A stretch of 61,289 bases of DNA from positions 1 to 61,289 of the forward strand of contig JBJXFY010000148.1 in assembly GCA_046155815.1 (NCBI GenBank), in the 5' to 3' direction. Origin of the DNA: Limisphaerales bacterium (lineage in GTDB: Bacteria > Verrucomicrobiota > Verrucomicrobiia > Limisphaerales > CAIMTB01). The notes under the pieces were generated by a model. That model saw only the letters and a list, made by a program, of their open reading frames with translations. It did no database searches and was not told the DNA's origin. This document shows, in pieces, positions 15,474 through 24,950 of this stretch; the first letter of the stretch is position 1, and each line of letters begins with the position of its first letter. The translations under genes were made by a program, and so were the position numbers.

Positions 15474-16757
15474 ATGCGCGTCGGGCTGCTCACCCATGAA
15501 CCGTTTTACCCGCCGTCGGGCGGCGGGTCGGCGGAGGCGGTGTACCTCGTGCGCGAGCTGGTACGGCGGGGGCACACGGTGGAGGTGTTCTGCCCGGAGG
15601 TCGCCGATGCGGCGGCGATTGAGGCGCGCTGCGGCGTGCGGCTGCACCCGTTCCGCGGGTGGAAAATGGGCCGCTACGCCGCGCTGCGGAACCTGAAGTA
15701 CCTGGCCTATCCGGCGGCGCTGACGCGCTTCGTGGCGCGCGAGGTCGCCGCCGGGGCGGCGCGGCCGGACGTGCTGGTGTCGCAGCACGCCATCTCCGCC
15801 GTGGCCGCGGGCCGGTTGCGGGCGCGGCTGGGCGTGCCGGTGGTCATGAACTTTCTGGACTGCCTCACGGACTTCATGGAGACGTGGCCGGCGTGGAAGA
15901 TGCCGCCGCCGGCAGTGCGGGCCCTGCGGCGCTACGAACTCTCCCTGCCGGTGCGCTACCGGGCGGACGCCGTGCTCGCGGTCTCGGACCCGCTGCGCGA
16001 CCTGTTCATCGGGGCGGGTTTCCCAGCGAAGCGCATCCGGCCGATCTATTACGGGCTGGACGCGGCGCTGTTCCGGCCGGGGCTGGCGGAGGACGCGGCG
16101 CTCTCCGGCCCGCCGGTGGTGGTGATGCACGGGTCGTTTGACGAGCATCACCTTGGGCCGATCGCGATGGCGGCGGCGGCGCGGCTGGTGGAGCTGCGGC
16201 CGGAGGTGCGCTGGCGGTTCGTGGGCCGGGAGACTTCGGGGCTGCGGCGCTTCGTGGCGGCAGTGCGGCGACGGCGGCCGGGTTTCGCGCCGGAGCTGAC
16301 GGGTTTCATTCCCTACGAGCAGGTGCCGGCGGCGGTGGCGGGCGGCAGCGTGGGGGTGACGCCCTACGAGCCGTCCACCGGCACCCACTGCGCGTTTGTC
16401 GCCAAGACCGTGGAGTTTCTCGCGCTGGGTTTGCCGGTGGTGTCCACGCCGCTCGAGAGTTCGCGGCAATATTACGCAGGCTGGCCGGCGGTGAAGTTTG
16501 CCGGTGCGGACGGGGGGAGTGTGGCGCAGGCGCTCGCCGCGTGGCTGGCGGTACCAGTTGCGGAACGTCGTGCCGTGGCCGCGGTCGCCGGCGAGCGGGT
16601 TCGGCGCGAGTTGGACTGGCCCGCGGTGTGCGCACGGGCGGCGGAGGTCATCGAGGCGCAGGCGGCCGCCCGGGGCGAAGGGCGGGCCGGCCCGCGAGGA
16701 GCTTCGGATGAAGAGGTCATCGGCCAGCGGGGGAGTTCCGACCTTGATTCTCACTGA
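15474..16757 (+). CDS. glycosyltransferase, GT-B fold (family 1/GT4-like)
   Basis: ATG at 15474 (MRVGLLTHEPFYPPSGGGSAEAVYLVRELVRRGHTVEVF), the typical GT4 N-terminus. A C-terminal E-x7-E-like region is present (VAKTVEFLALGLPVV). Confidence 0.8.
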   Translation: MRVGLLTHEPFYPPSGGGSAEAVYLVRELVRRGHTVEVFCPEVADAAAIEARCGVRLHPFRGWKMGRYAALRNLKYLAYPAALTRFVAREVAAGAARPDVLVSQHAISAVAAGRLRARLGVPVVMNFLDCLTDFMETWPAWKMPPPAVRALRRYELSLPVRYRADAVLAVSDPLRDLFIGAGFPAKRIRPIYYGLDAALFRPGLAEDAALSGPPVVVMHGSFDEHHLGPIAMAAAARLVELRPEVRWRFVGRETSGLRRFVAAVRRRRPGFAPELTGFIPYEQVPAAVAGGSVGVTPYEPSTGTHCAFVAKTVEFLALGLPVVSTPLESSRQYYAGWPAVKFAGADGGSVAQALAAWLAVPVAERRAVAAVAGERVRRELDWPAVCARAAEVIEAQAAARGEGRAGPRGASDEEVIGQRGSSDLDSH

Positions 16758-16827
16758 AATCGGTCGCCCGGACCAATTGCGGCAACAGTCTCCTGAAAGA
16801 TAAAGCGAACATCGGACGAGGCGCATC

Positions 16828-16856
16828 TTGACTTGCGGGGCGTGCTCTTTTATTCC
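16828..16856 (+). promoter_or_regulatory. sigma70-like promoter candidate for the S8 protease gene
   Basis: TTGACT (16828-16833), a 17-nt spacer, then TATTCC (16851-16856), about 125 nt upstream of the ATG at 16981. Confidence 0.4.
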
Positions 16857-16980
16857 CGCGGGCATGCGAGGGCCCAAGTGCGCCACCCCGAACAGCTGGC
16901 CGAAGCCACCTTGGCCGGCGTCCCTTCCGGACGCTGCCTCCCTGCACTCATCCACGACCCCATCCTAGTCCGGAGCAACC

Positions 16981-19900
16981 ATGCGTTACCCCATCCCCGC
17001 CATCCTCGCGGCTGCGGCCGCGATCATCGCACCGGCCCTTTCGGCCGCGCCGTCGTCCGCCAGCAAGATCCACCCCTCCCTGCGCCAGGCCTCCGGGTTG
17101 GTGGACGTGGTGGTCCGGCTGAAGGAGAAGCCGCTGGCCGCAGTCCTCGGCCGGAACGCCAAGCATGCCGGCGCGCGACTTTCGCCGGCGCAGCAGCGCT
17201 CCTACGTGGCCCGCCTCACCCGCAAGCAGGACGAGGTGATGCGCGCCATCGCCGCCCTTGGCGGCGGCGAGCAGGGCCGGGCCAAGCTCGCGGCCAACGT
17301 CGTCATGGCGACCATTGACGCGGCCCACCTCGAGCGCGTGGCGGCCCTCGGCTACGTCAGCGCCATCAGCCCGGTCGTGGATTACGAGACGGACCTCGCC
17401 TCTTCCGTCCCCTACATCGGGGCCGCCGCCGTGCAGGCCGCGGGCAACGGCGGGGCCGGGGTCATCGTGGCGGTGCTGGACTCGGGCATTGACTACACCC
17501 ACGCGGCCTTGGGCGGTGCGGGCACGCTGGCGGCCTACGCGGCCGCCTACGGCACCGATCCCTCGGACCCGGCCAATACCACCCGCGACGGTCTGTTCCC
17601 GACGGCGAAGGTGGTCGAGGGCATTGACCTCGTGGGCGAAGACTGGCCGAACAGCGACCTGGCCCCGGATGACGACCCGATCGACTTCGAGGGCCACGGT
17701 ACCCACGTTGCGGACATCTCGGCGGGGGTGCTGGGTGTCGCGCCAGGTGCAAGCCTGTGGGCCGTCAAGGTGTGCAGCGCCGTCGCCAGCTCCTGCAGCG
17801 GCGTCGCCATGTTCGAGGGCCTCGACTACGTGCTGGATCCCGACGGGAACGGCACCGTGGAGGACAACACGGCGGACGTGGTGAACATGTCCCTCGGCGC
17901 CAGCTACGGGCAGATCGAGGATGACAGCGTGTTGGCGGTGGAGCTGGTTTCCTTCTTCGGAATCACGGTCGTGTGCTCGGCGGGCAACAGCGCCGACAAG
18001 CCCTACGTGACCGGCACGCCCGGCGCGTCGCCCTCCGCCCTGAGCGTCGCCCAGACCACCATGCCCGGCGAGGTGGCCAACGCGCTCAAGCTCACCGGCC
18101 TCTCGAATCGGCCGCTCATCCGCCGCAACACCGCATCGGTGCCGTGGGCGCCGATTGACGTCGCGGTGAACGGCCCGGTCGTGGCGGTCGGCATCGCCTG
18201 CGCGCCCCTCGCGCCCGGCTCGCTCGCGGGGAAGGTGGCGCTGATTGACCGCGGCAGCTGCAGCATCAGCTGGAAGGTGGATCACGCCGCGAAGGCCGGT
18301 GCGGTCGGCGTGATCGTGGCCAACAACGTCGCGGGCGACCCGCCTTCGTTCAGCTTTGGCGGCACGTCCGACGGGTCCAGCTTCCTCGGCGTTCCCACGG
18401 TGATCATCACCCAGAACGACGGCCGCCTCATCAAAAGCGCCCTCAACAGGGGCCTCGCCGTCAATGCCGAGTTCGGCCCCGGCCTCGTCACCGCCTTGGA
18501 CGGCAGCATGGTTGCCTCCTCGTCCCGCGGCCCGAGCTACGGCACGCAGCTCATCAAGCCGGAGATCGGCGCGCCGGGCGCCTCGGTGTCCGCGGAAGTG
18601 GGCACCGGCACCGGCACGACGCCCTTTGGCGGCACCTCCGGGGCCTCGCCCATGGTGGCCGGCTCCGCCGCGCTGGTGCTGGCTCAATACCCCGGCCTCT
18701 CCCCGCTGGAGGTCAAGGCCCGCCTCATGAACGCGGCGGAAAAGAATGTCCTCATCAATCCCACCACCCTGCCCGGCGTCCTCGCCCCCATCACCCGCAT
18801 CGGCGCCGGCGAGGTCCGCGTGGATGATGCCATCGCGCTGAAAGCCGTGGCCTACGAGAAGGACGGCGTTTCTGCCGCCCTCAGCTTCGGATTCCATACC
18901 CTGCACCCGGGCACAGCCAACACCTTCACCCGGACGGTCGAGGTGAAGAACTACGGCGCGGCTTCCCGCACCTACGCCATCGCCAACCTCTTCCGCTACG
19001 CCAACGACGCCGCCAGCGGCGCCGCGCTGGTCAACGCTCCGCCCACGGTCACCGTGCCCCCCGGCGGCACGGCCTCCTTCGATGTCACGGTCGAGGTCAA
19101 GCCGGACAGGCTCCAGGCCTGGCCGTTCGACATCGGTGCCCAGGGTGGCAACGGCCCGCTGCTCCAGACCGTCGAGTTTGACGGCCACATCGTCCTCACC
19201 GAGACGACCGACGGCGAGAAGCTCTGCGTGCCGTGGCACATCCTGCCGCGGCGCTCCGCCGACAACGAGCCCGACACGCTCGCCGTGGACGTCTCCGGCG
19301 GTCCCGAGAACATCAACCTCGGCAACGCGGCCGGCGCGCAGGCCGGCACCTCCGATATCTTTTACTGGACCGGTGACAGCCCGCTCGACTATCCGCCCGG
19401 TGGGGCGGGCATCGGGGCCAACATCGCGCTGGTGGACCTCCGGCATGTCGGTGTCCGCACGGTTGTTTCTGGCGGCACGCCCTTCATCCAGGTCGCGATC
19501 TCCACCTGGGATCCGCGCTCGCATGGCGTCTATCCCGCGGCGTTCGAGGTCTGGTTCGACAAGGATGCCGACGGCATCTACGACTCCGCCGTGTACACCC
19601 GTGAAAACGGCGCCTTCGCGTCCACCGGCCAGACCGTGGCCTACGGCGGCCCCCTGACCCATCTGGGCGGCAGCGACTACGACTTCTCCGGCGTCACCGG
19701 CCCGCGGACGTTCGTGGACGGCGACCTCAACTCCTCCGTGGTGGTGATCTCCATGCCGCTGTCGGTGCTGGGCCTGACGACCGCCTCCAAGGTCGGTGTC
19801 GCGGTGGTGGCGGCGGACAATTACTTCACCGGTTTCATCACGGACATGATCCCGTTTGACGGGAACTATCCTCCGGCCGGCAGCGTCATCACCCTGAACC

Positions 19901-20091
19901 AGCCGCACTTCACGACCTCGACGCTTCAGACCAGCGTTCCGGTGGGCGGTTCCGCAGCCATCACGGCCGCGGAGAATCCGGCGGGCGCAGCGGCTTCGCC
20001 CGACCAACTCGGCCTTCTGCTCTTCCACCGTCAGGCCGTGCTCGGCCGCGAGGTGGACGCCGTGGAGGTGACCTCCGCCCCGCTGCCCTGA
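16981..20091 (+). CDS. secreted subtilisin-family (S8) serine protease with PA-domain insert
   Basis: 1036 aa with a signal peptide. The catalytic triad contexts are VAVLDSGID (Asp), GHGTHVADI (His) and GTSGASPMVAG (Ser). Confidence 0.92.
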   Translation: MRYPIPAILAAAAAIIAPALSAAPSSASKIHPSLRQASGLVDVVVRLKEKPLAAVLGRNAKHAGARLSPAQQRSYVARLTRKQDEVMRAIAALGGGEQGRAKLAANVVMATIDAAHLERVAALGYVSAISPVVDYETDLASSVPYIGAAAVQAAGNGGAGVIVAVLDSGIDYTHAALGGAGTLAAYAAAYGTDPSDPANTTRDGLFPTAKVVEGIDLVGEDWPNSDLAPDDDPIDFEGHGTHVADISAGVLGVAPGASLWAVKVCSAVASSCSGVAMFEGLDYVLDPDGNGTVEDNTADVVNMSLGASYGQIEDDSVLAVELVSFFGITVVCSAGNSADKPYVTGTPGASPSALSVAQTTMPGEVANALKLTGLSNRPLIRRNTASVPWAPIDVAVNGPVVAVGIACAPLAPGSLAGKVALIDRGSCSISWKVDHAAKAGAVGVIVANNVAGDPPSFSFGGTSDGSSFLGVPTVIITQNDGRLIKSALNRGLAVNAEFGPGLVTALDGSMVASSSRGPSYGTQLIKPEIGAPGASVSAEVGTGTGTTPFGGTSGASPMVAGSAALVLAQYPGLSPLEVKARLMNAAEKNVLINPTTLPGVLAPITRIGAGEVRVDDAIALKAVAYEKDGVSAALSFGFHTLHPGTANTFTRTVEVKNYGAASRTYAIANLFRYANDAASGAALVNAPPTVTVPPGGTASFDVTVEVKPDRLQAWPFDIGAQGGNGPLLQTVEFDGHIVLTETTDGEKLCVPWHILPRRSADNEPDTLAVDVSGGPENINLGNAAGAQAGTSDIFYWTGDSPLDYPPGGAGIGANIALVDLRHVGVRTVVSGGTPFIQVAISTWDPRSHGVYPAAFEVWFDKDADGIYDSAVYTRENGAFASTGQTVAYGGPLTHLGGSDYDFSGVTGPRTFVDGDLNSSVVVISMPLSVLGLTTASKVGVAVVAADNYFTGFITDMIPFDGNYPPAGSVITLNQPHFTTSTLQTSVPVGGSAAITAAENPAGAAASPDQLGLLLFHRQAVLGREVDAVEVTSAPLP

Positions 20092-20112
20092 GTCACGGCC
20101 GCCTCCCTCCAG

Positions 20113-20145
20113 CCCTGGAACCGCTTGGTTCCGGGGCTTTTTTCT
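20113..20145 (+). terminator. Rho-independent terminator after the S8 protease gene
   Basis: CCCTGGAACC-GCTT-GGTTCCGGGG stem-loop followed by CTTTTTTCT. Confidence 0.7.
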
Positions 20146-20240
20146 GGTCGGCATTCGCGTCGGGAGGCCGGCTGGAGAGCCCACCGCCCTTCCGCGACGG
20201 CGCATTGTCGGGCCGGAGAGTCTGGCCCATCCTGCGGCCG

Positions 20241-20894
20241 ATGCGACTGATGACCTTCCGTGCCGGAGTCCAAGGCTGGACGTGGGCGTTTGTGGTGCTC
20301 GCCTCGCTGGGCGTCGCCGTTTTCTCCCTCCGCTACTTCGTCGCGCCCGGGCAGGCGCCTCTGTTGGTCGGGCGCGAAGGAGTGGCAAGAGCATCCCTGC
20401 TCGTGCACGCCGCGGGGGGAATTGCCGCGCTGGCGGCGGGTCCGTTCCAGTTCAGCGCGCGCCTGCGGCGGTGGTCGGTGCGCTGGCACCGCGGACTTGG
20501 CTTCGTCTATCTCGCCGGCGTGACCGTGGGTGGCTTGGCGGGCTTGGTGTCGGCCCAGTTCACGATCGGCGGGCTGACGGCGCGGTTCGCCTTCTCGCTG
20601 CTGGCCCTGGTGTGGCTGGCCTGCACGGCGCTGGCCTGGCGGGCGGTCTGCCGCCGTGACCTCGCCGCGCACCGCGAATGGATGCTCCGCAGTTTCGCGC
20701 TCACTTTCGCCGCGGTGACGCTGCGCCTGTGGCTGGTGCTGCTCCAGGCCGGCGGCGCCGCGTTCATGGAGGCGTACCAGACCGTCGCGTGGCTCTGCTG
20801 GGTGCCGAACCTCATTGCTGCCGAGGTCTGGATCGCCGCCACCCGCGGGGCGTCCGCTGGCCAGCCGGCGCTTGGTCCGCGGCCGGCGGCCTGA
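20241..20894 (+). CDS. DUF2306-like membrane protein
   Basis: ATG at 20241 inside ORF 20205-20894. It has several TM helices and the pattern HAAGGIAALAAGPFQF...RRWS..WHRGLGFVYL recalled from DUF2306 proteins. Confidence 0.55.
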   Translation: MRLMTFRAGVQGWTWAFVVLASLGVAVFSLRYFVAPGQAPLLVGREGVARASLLVHAAGGIAALAAGPFQFSARLRRWSVRWHRGLGFVYLAGVTVGGLAGLVSAQFTIGGLTARFAFSLLALVWLACTALAWRAVCRRDLAAHREWMLRSFALTFAAVTLRLWLVLLQAGGAAFMEAYQTVAWLCWVPNLIAAEVWIAATRGASAGQPALGPRPAA

Positions 20895-20909
20895 CATCCT
20901 GAACGCGCA

Positions 20910-22085
20910 ATGCCCGCACCGCTCCACACCCTCCGCGCCGGCGTCATCGGCACCGGCTTCATCGCCCCCGTCCACATCGAGGCCCTGCGCCGCCTCGGCG
21001 TGCAGGTCACCGCCATCTGCGGCTCGACCCGGGCCGCCCGCGCCACGGCGGAGCAGTGGGGCATCCCCGAGGTGTACGGCGACTACGACCACGCGGCGCT
21101 GCTCCGCTCGCCGAACGTGGACGTCGTCCACATCACCTCGCCCAACAAGGCCCACGTCGGGCAGTCCCTCGCCGCCCTCGCGGCCGGCAAGCACGTCGTC
21201 TGCGAGAAGCCGCTGGGAATGACCACGCAGGAGACGGCCCGGGTCGTGGCCGCGGCGAAGCGGAAAGGCTCGCCGGTGTTCGCGGTGAACTACATGTGCC
21301 GCTTCTTTCCCGCCGTGCTCCAGGCGCGTGCGCTCGTCCACCGCGGCGCGCTCGGGCGCATCATCCACGTGCAGGGCCATTTCTTCCAGGACTGGCTGCT
21401 GAAGGAAACGGACTACAATTGGCGGGTTCTTGCGAGCGAGGGCGGCAAGCTTCGCGCCGTGGGCGACATCGGCACACACTGGATTGACGCGGTGTCGTTC
21501 ATCCTCGGCGCACGGGCGCAGTCCGTGTTCGCGCACGTCGAGACCTTTCACAAGACGCGCCGCCGACCCCGCGGCGAGGTGCAGACCTTCGCCCAGGTGG
21601 ACCCGGCCACCATGGTCCCGTACCGCGTGGATACGGAGGATTTTGGCAGCGTGCTGCTGCGGTTTGGCAAGGCGTTGCACGGCCACGCTGCGGGCGTCCA
21701 TGCCAACGCGTCCATCTCGCAGGTGGCCGCCGGATGGAAATGCAGCCTCGCCTTCGGCATCTACGGCACGGAAGGCAGCCTGCGCTGGGATCTCCAGCAG
21801 CCGAACGAACTGATCCTCGGACGCCGCGACGAGCCGAACCAGATCCTCCAGCGTGCCACGCCCGGCTTCGACGCGGATGTGGCCGGCTTCACCGACTACC
21901 CCGGCGGCCATCCCGAGGGCTTCGCCGACGCGCACAAGATGCACTACCGCGCCGTCTATCAACACATCGCCGCCGGCGCTTCGGGGCCGGCGCTCTTCGC
22001 CACGGCCGAGGACGGCCACCACGAGGTGAAGCTGTGCGAGTCCGTGCTGAAGAGCAGCCGGAGCAGGGCGTGGGAGAAGGTGTGA
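20910..22085 (+). CDS. Gfo/Idh/MocA-family NAD(P)-dependent oxidoreductase
   Basis: 391 aa. N-terminal Rossmann motif LRAGVIGTGFIAPVHIEAL, then HITSPNKAH and the VVCEKPL motif. Confidence 0.85.
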   Translation: MPAPLHTLRAGVIGTGFIAPVHIEALRRLGVQVTAICGSTRAARATAEQWGIPEVYGDYDHAALLRSPNVDVVHITSPNKAHVGQSLAALAAGKHVVCEKPLGMTTQETARVVAAAKRKGSPVFAVNYMCRFFPAVLQARALVHRGALGRIIHVQGHFFQDWLLKETDYNWRVLASEGGKLRAVGDIGTHWIDAVSFILGARAQSVFAHVETFHKTRRRPRGEVQTFAQVDPATMVPYRVDTEDFGSVLLRFGKALHGHAAGVHANASISQVAAGWKCSLAFGIYGTEGSLRWDLQQPNELILGRRDEPNQILQRATPGFDADVAGFTDYPGGHPEGFADAHKMHYRAVYQHIAAGASGPALFATAEDGHHEVKLCESVLKSSRSRAWEKV

Positions 22086-22140
22086 GCACGCCTCGTCCGC
22101 CCGGCGGGCCAGGTGAACCGCTGCTCCATGCCACTGCCGG

Positions 22141-22170
22141 TTGACGCTTCGGCCTTGGCCGCGTTACCTA
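22141..22170 (+). promoter_or_regulatory. sigma70-like promoter candidate for the Ser/Thr kinase gene
   Basis: TTGACG (22141-22146), an 18-nt spacer, then TACCTA (22165-22170), about 37 nt upstream of the ATG at 22207. Confidence 0.35.
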
Positions 22171-22206
22171 GCATGGCTTGACCGCGTACCGCCACCGCGA
22201 CCGTCC

Positions 22207-24837
22207 ATGATCACCGCCCGCGAGCAGGAACTGTTCGCCCGCGCCCTGCGCCTCTCCGCGGACGAGCGCACCGCCTGGATCCAGCGCGAGTGCGCCGGCG
22301 ATACCGCGCTCCGCGGCCGGCTGGAAACCCGTCTCCGCGCCCACGATGCCACCGATGCCACGGTGGCCGGCGAGACTACCGAGGGCATCATCCTGCCCGA
22401 CTTCGTGCCCATCGAGGCCGAGACCACGGGTACCCAGATCGGCCGCTACAAGCTGCTCGAGAAGCTCGGGGAGGGCGGCTTCGGCTCGGTTTGGGCCGCC
22501 GAGCAGCGCGAGCCCGTCCGCCGCCGCGTCGCCCTCAAGATCATCAAGCTTGGGATGGACACGAAGCAGGTCGTGGGCCGTTTCGAGGCCGAGCGCCAGG
22601 CCCTGGCGCTGATGGACCACCCCAACATGTCCAAGGTGCTCGACGCGGGCGCCACCGAGGCCGGCCGGCCGTACTTCGTCATGGAGCTGGTCCGGGGAAA
22701 CTCCATCACGAAGTACTGCGACGAGAACCAGCTCCCGACCGCCGACCGCATTGTCCTCCTCATCAAGGTCTGCCAGGCCATCCAGCACGCGCACCAGAAG
22801 GGCATCATCCACCGGGACCTCAAGCCTTCGAACATCCTCGTCACCGTCAACGACGGCGTGCCCGTTCCCAAGGTCATTGACTTCGGCATCGCCAAGGCCA
22901 CCCAGGGCGACCTGACCGACAAGACGGTGTACACCCAGCTCCAGCAGTTCATCGGCACGCCCGCCTACATGAGCCCCGAGCAGGCCGGCATGAGCGGCCT
23001 GGACATCGATACCCGCAGCGACATCTACAGCCTGGGCGTGGTGCTCTACGAGATGCTGACCGGCACCACGCCGTTCGATCCCGGTGCCCTGATGAAGGCC
23101 GGCGTGGACGGCATGCGCCAGACCATCCGCGAGCAGGAGCCCGTCTCGCCCTCCACGCGCCTCCGCACCCTCGGTGCCGTCGAGCTCACCGAGTCCGCCC
23201 GCCGGCGCGGCTCGGACGCCCCGCGGCTTGTCTCCCAGCTCCGCGGCGACCTCGACTGGATCGTGATGAAGTGCCTCGAGAAGGACCGGGGCCGCCGTTA
23301 CGAGACCGCCAACGGGCTGGCCGCCGATCTTCAGCGCTTCCTGGACAACGAGCCCGTGCTCGCCCGGCCGCCCAGCCAGCTCTATCGCATCCAGAAGTCC
23401 ATCCGCCGGAACAAGCTTTTCTTCGCCGCGGCGGCGGCGGTGTTCGCAGCGCTGTTGGCCGGCGTGACGGTCAGTACCTGGCAGTGGTTCCGTGCTGCGG
23501 CCGCTGAGCGGGAGCAGTCGCGCCTGCGCGCCGAGGCCGTCCAGAACGCGAACGTCGCCCGCGCGGAGGCGCAGAAGAGCCGGGAGGTGGCCGGCCTCCT
23601 CAAGGACATGCTCCGCGGCGTCGGTCCGTCAGTCGCCCAGGGGCGCGACGCCGCGCTTCTCCGTGAGATCCTCCAGCGCACGCAGCAGCGCCTGACCGAC
23701 GACAAGGCCATCCTGCCCGAGGTTGAGGCCGAGCTCCGCCTCGCGCTCGCCGCGACCTACCGCGACCTCGGCGACTTCGCCGAAGGCGCGAAGAACGCCC
23801 GCCGCGCCCTTGAGCTGCGCCAGCTGGTGTTTGGCGCGGATCATCTCGCCGTGGCCGACGCGCTCAACGAGGCGGCCAAGGCCGCCAACTTCCAGAATGA
23901 CCTGCCCGAGGCCGAGCGCCTCCAGCGGCTCGCCCTGCAGATGCACTCCCGGCTCGACGGCGCGGAGACCCTCGCCGTGGGCAACATGCACAATGACCTC
24001 GGCATCATTCTCTGGCGTGCCGGCCGCCTGAAGGACGCGCGAACGGAACTGGAGCTGGGCCTGGCCATCCGCGAGAAGCACCTCCGGCCGCCCCACCAGT
24101 GGCTTGCCGACAACCATCTCAACCTTTCGGTCATCCTATTCGCGCTGGGCGAACTCTCCCGTTCTGAGGAGGAGGCCCGGCTCGCCGCCGCCGGCTACCG
24201 CGAGCTGTTCACTGAAAATCATCCCAACCTGGGCATGGCCCTGCACAACCGCGCCAAGGCCCTCCGCGAAATGGCCCGCACCGACGAGGCGGAGGCCGTG
24301 CTCAACCAGGCGCTCAGCGTGTACCAGGCGGCCTACCAGGGCGATCATCTTTACGTGGCGGAGGCCCTCGACGATCTGGGCCTGACGCTCCAGCGCCGCG
24401 GCGACGCCGCGGGCGCGGCGGATGCGTTCCGCCGGGCGCTGGCGATGAGCCGCGCCACCGGCGGCGAGGCGGACCCCCAGACGCTGCTGGCAATGCGGCA
24501 TCTGGCGCTCGTGCTGGCGGGCACCCCGGACCAGGCGGAGGGCGCGGAACTGGTCGGACGGGCGGTGGAGCTGGGACGCTCGGCCCGGCCGACGAAACCC
24601 GCGGCGTTCGCCGAGGCGCTGGCCGACGCCGGCCAGTTCTGGATCAAGGCCGGCCAGCCAGCGCGCGCCGAGGCGCCCCTCCTTGACGCTCACCGGACTT
24701 TGGCCGACGCCGGCCTCACCGGGCGCCCGCTCCAGCGCGCCTGCCGGGATCTCGAGCAGCTTTACATCCGGCTCAACCGTCCCGAGGAGGCGAAGCAATG
24801 GGCCGCCAAGCTGGCCGCCGCCGAGAGCCGGCCCTGA
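22207..24837 (+). CDS. Ser/Thr protein kinase with one TM segment and a C-terminal TPR-repeat domain
   Basis: ATG at 22207. Hanks motifs are present: GEGGFGSVW, VALKIIK, HRDLKPSNILV, DFGIAK and the SPEQ-type activation loop. A TM helix (LFFAAAAAVFAALLAGVTV) is followed by long TPR-like repeats. Confidence 0.92.
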   Translation: MITAREQELFARALRLSADERTAWIQRECAGDTALRGRLETRLRAHDATDATVAGETTEGIILPDFVPIEAETTGTQIGRYKLLEKLGEGGFGSVWAAEQREPVRRRVALKIIKLGMDTKQVVGRFEAERQALALMDHPNMSKVLDAGATEAGRPYFVMELVRGNSITKYCDENQLPTADRIVLLIKVCQAIQHAHQKGIIHRDLKPSNILVTVNDGVPVPKVIDFGIAKATQGDLTDKTVYTQLQQFIGTPAYMSPEQAGMSGLDIDTRSDIYSLGVVLYEMLTGTTPFDPGALMKAGVDGMRQTIREQEPVSPSTRLRTLGAVELTESARRRGSDAPRLVSQLRGDLDWIVMKCLEKDRGRRYETANGLAADLQRFLDNEPVLARPPSQLYRIQKSIRRNKLFFAAAAAVFAALLAGVTVSTWQWFRAAAAEREQSRLRAEAVQNANVARAEAQKSREVAGLLKDMLRGVGPSVAQGRDAALLREILQRTQQRLTDDKAILPEVEAELRLALAATYRDLGDFAEGAKNARRALELRQLVFGADHLAVADALNEAAKAANFQNDLPEAERLQRLALQMHSRLDGAETLAVGNMHNDLGIILWRAGRLKDARTELELGLAIREKHLRPPHQWLADNHLNLSVILFALGELSRSEEEARLAAAGYRELFTENHPNLGMALHNRAKALREMARTDEAEAVLNQALSVYQAAYQGDHLYVAEALDDLGLTLQRRGDAAGAADAFRRALAMSRATGGEADPQTLLAMRHLALVLAGTPDQAEGAELVGRAVELGRSARPTKPAAFAEALADAGQFWIKAGQPARAEAPLLDAHRTLADAGLTGRPLQRACRDLEQLYIRLNRPEEAKQWAAKLAAAESRP

Positions 24838-24950
24838 TCCGGCCGGCAGGGCGCCCGGCTCGAGGCGTGCAGCCACGGATGACGACCCTTCCAGGCCGCC
24901 GCCGGAAGGCTGGAAAGCCCGCCCTCTTCGGGCGATAAACGCCGCGCCCG

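Noticed and set aside
16948-20394. 1148-aa ORF on the minus strand, the longest ORF in the window
   Set aside because: It is fully antisense to the S8 protease gene, which has an unambiguous Asp/His/Ser triad. Its translation is Arg/Gly/Ala/His-rich with no motifs. This is the typical high-GC antisense artefact.
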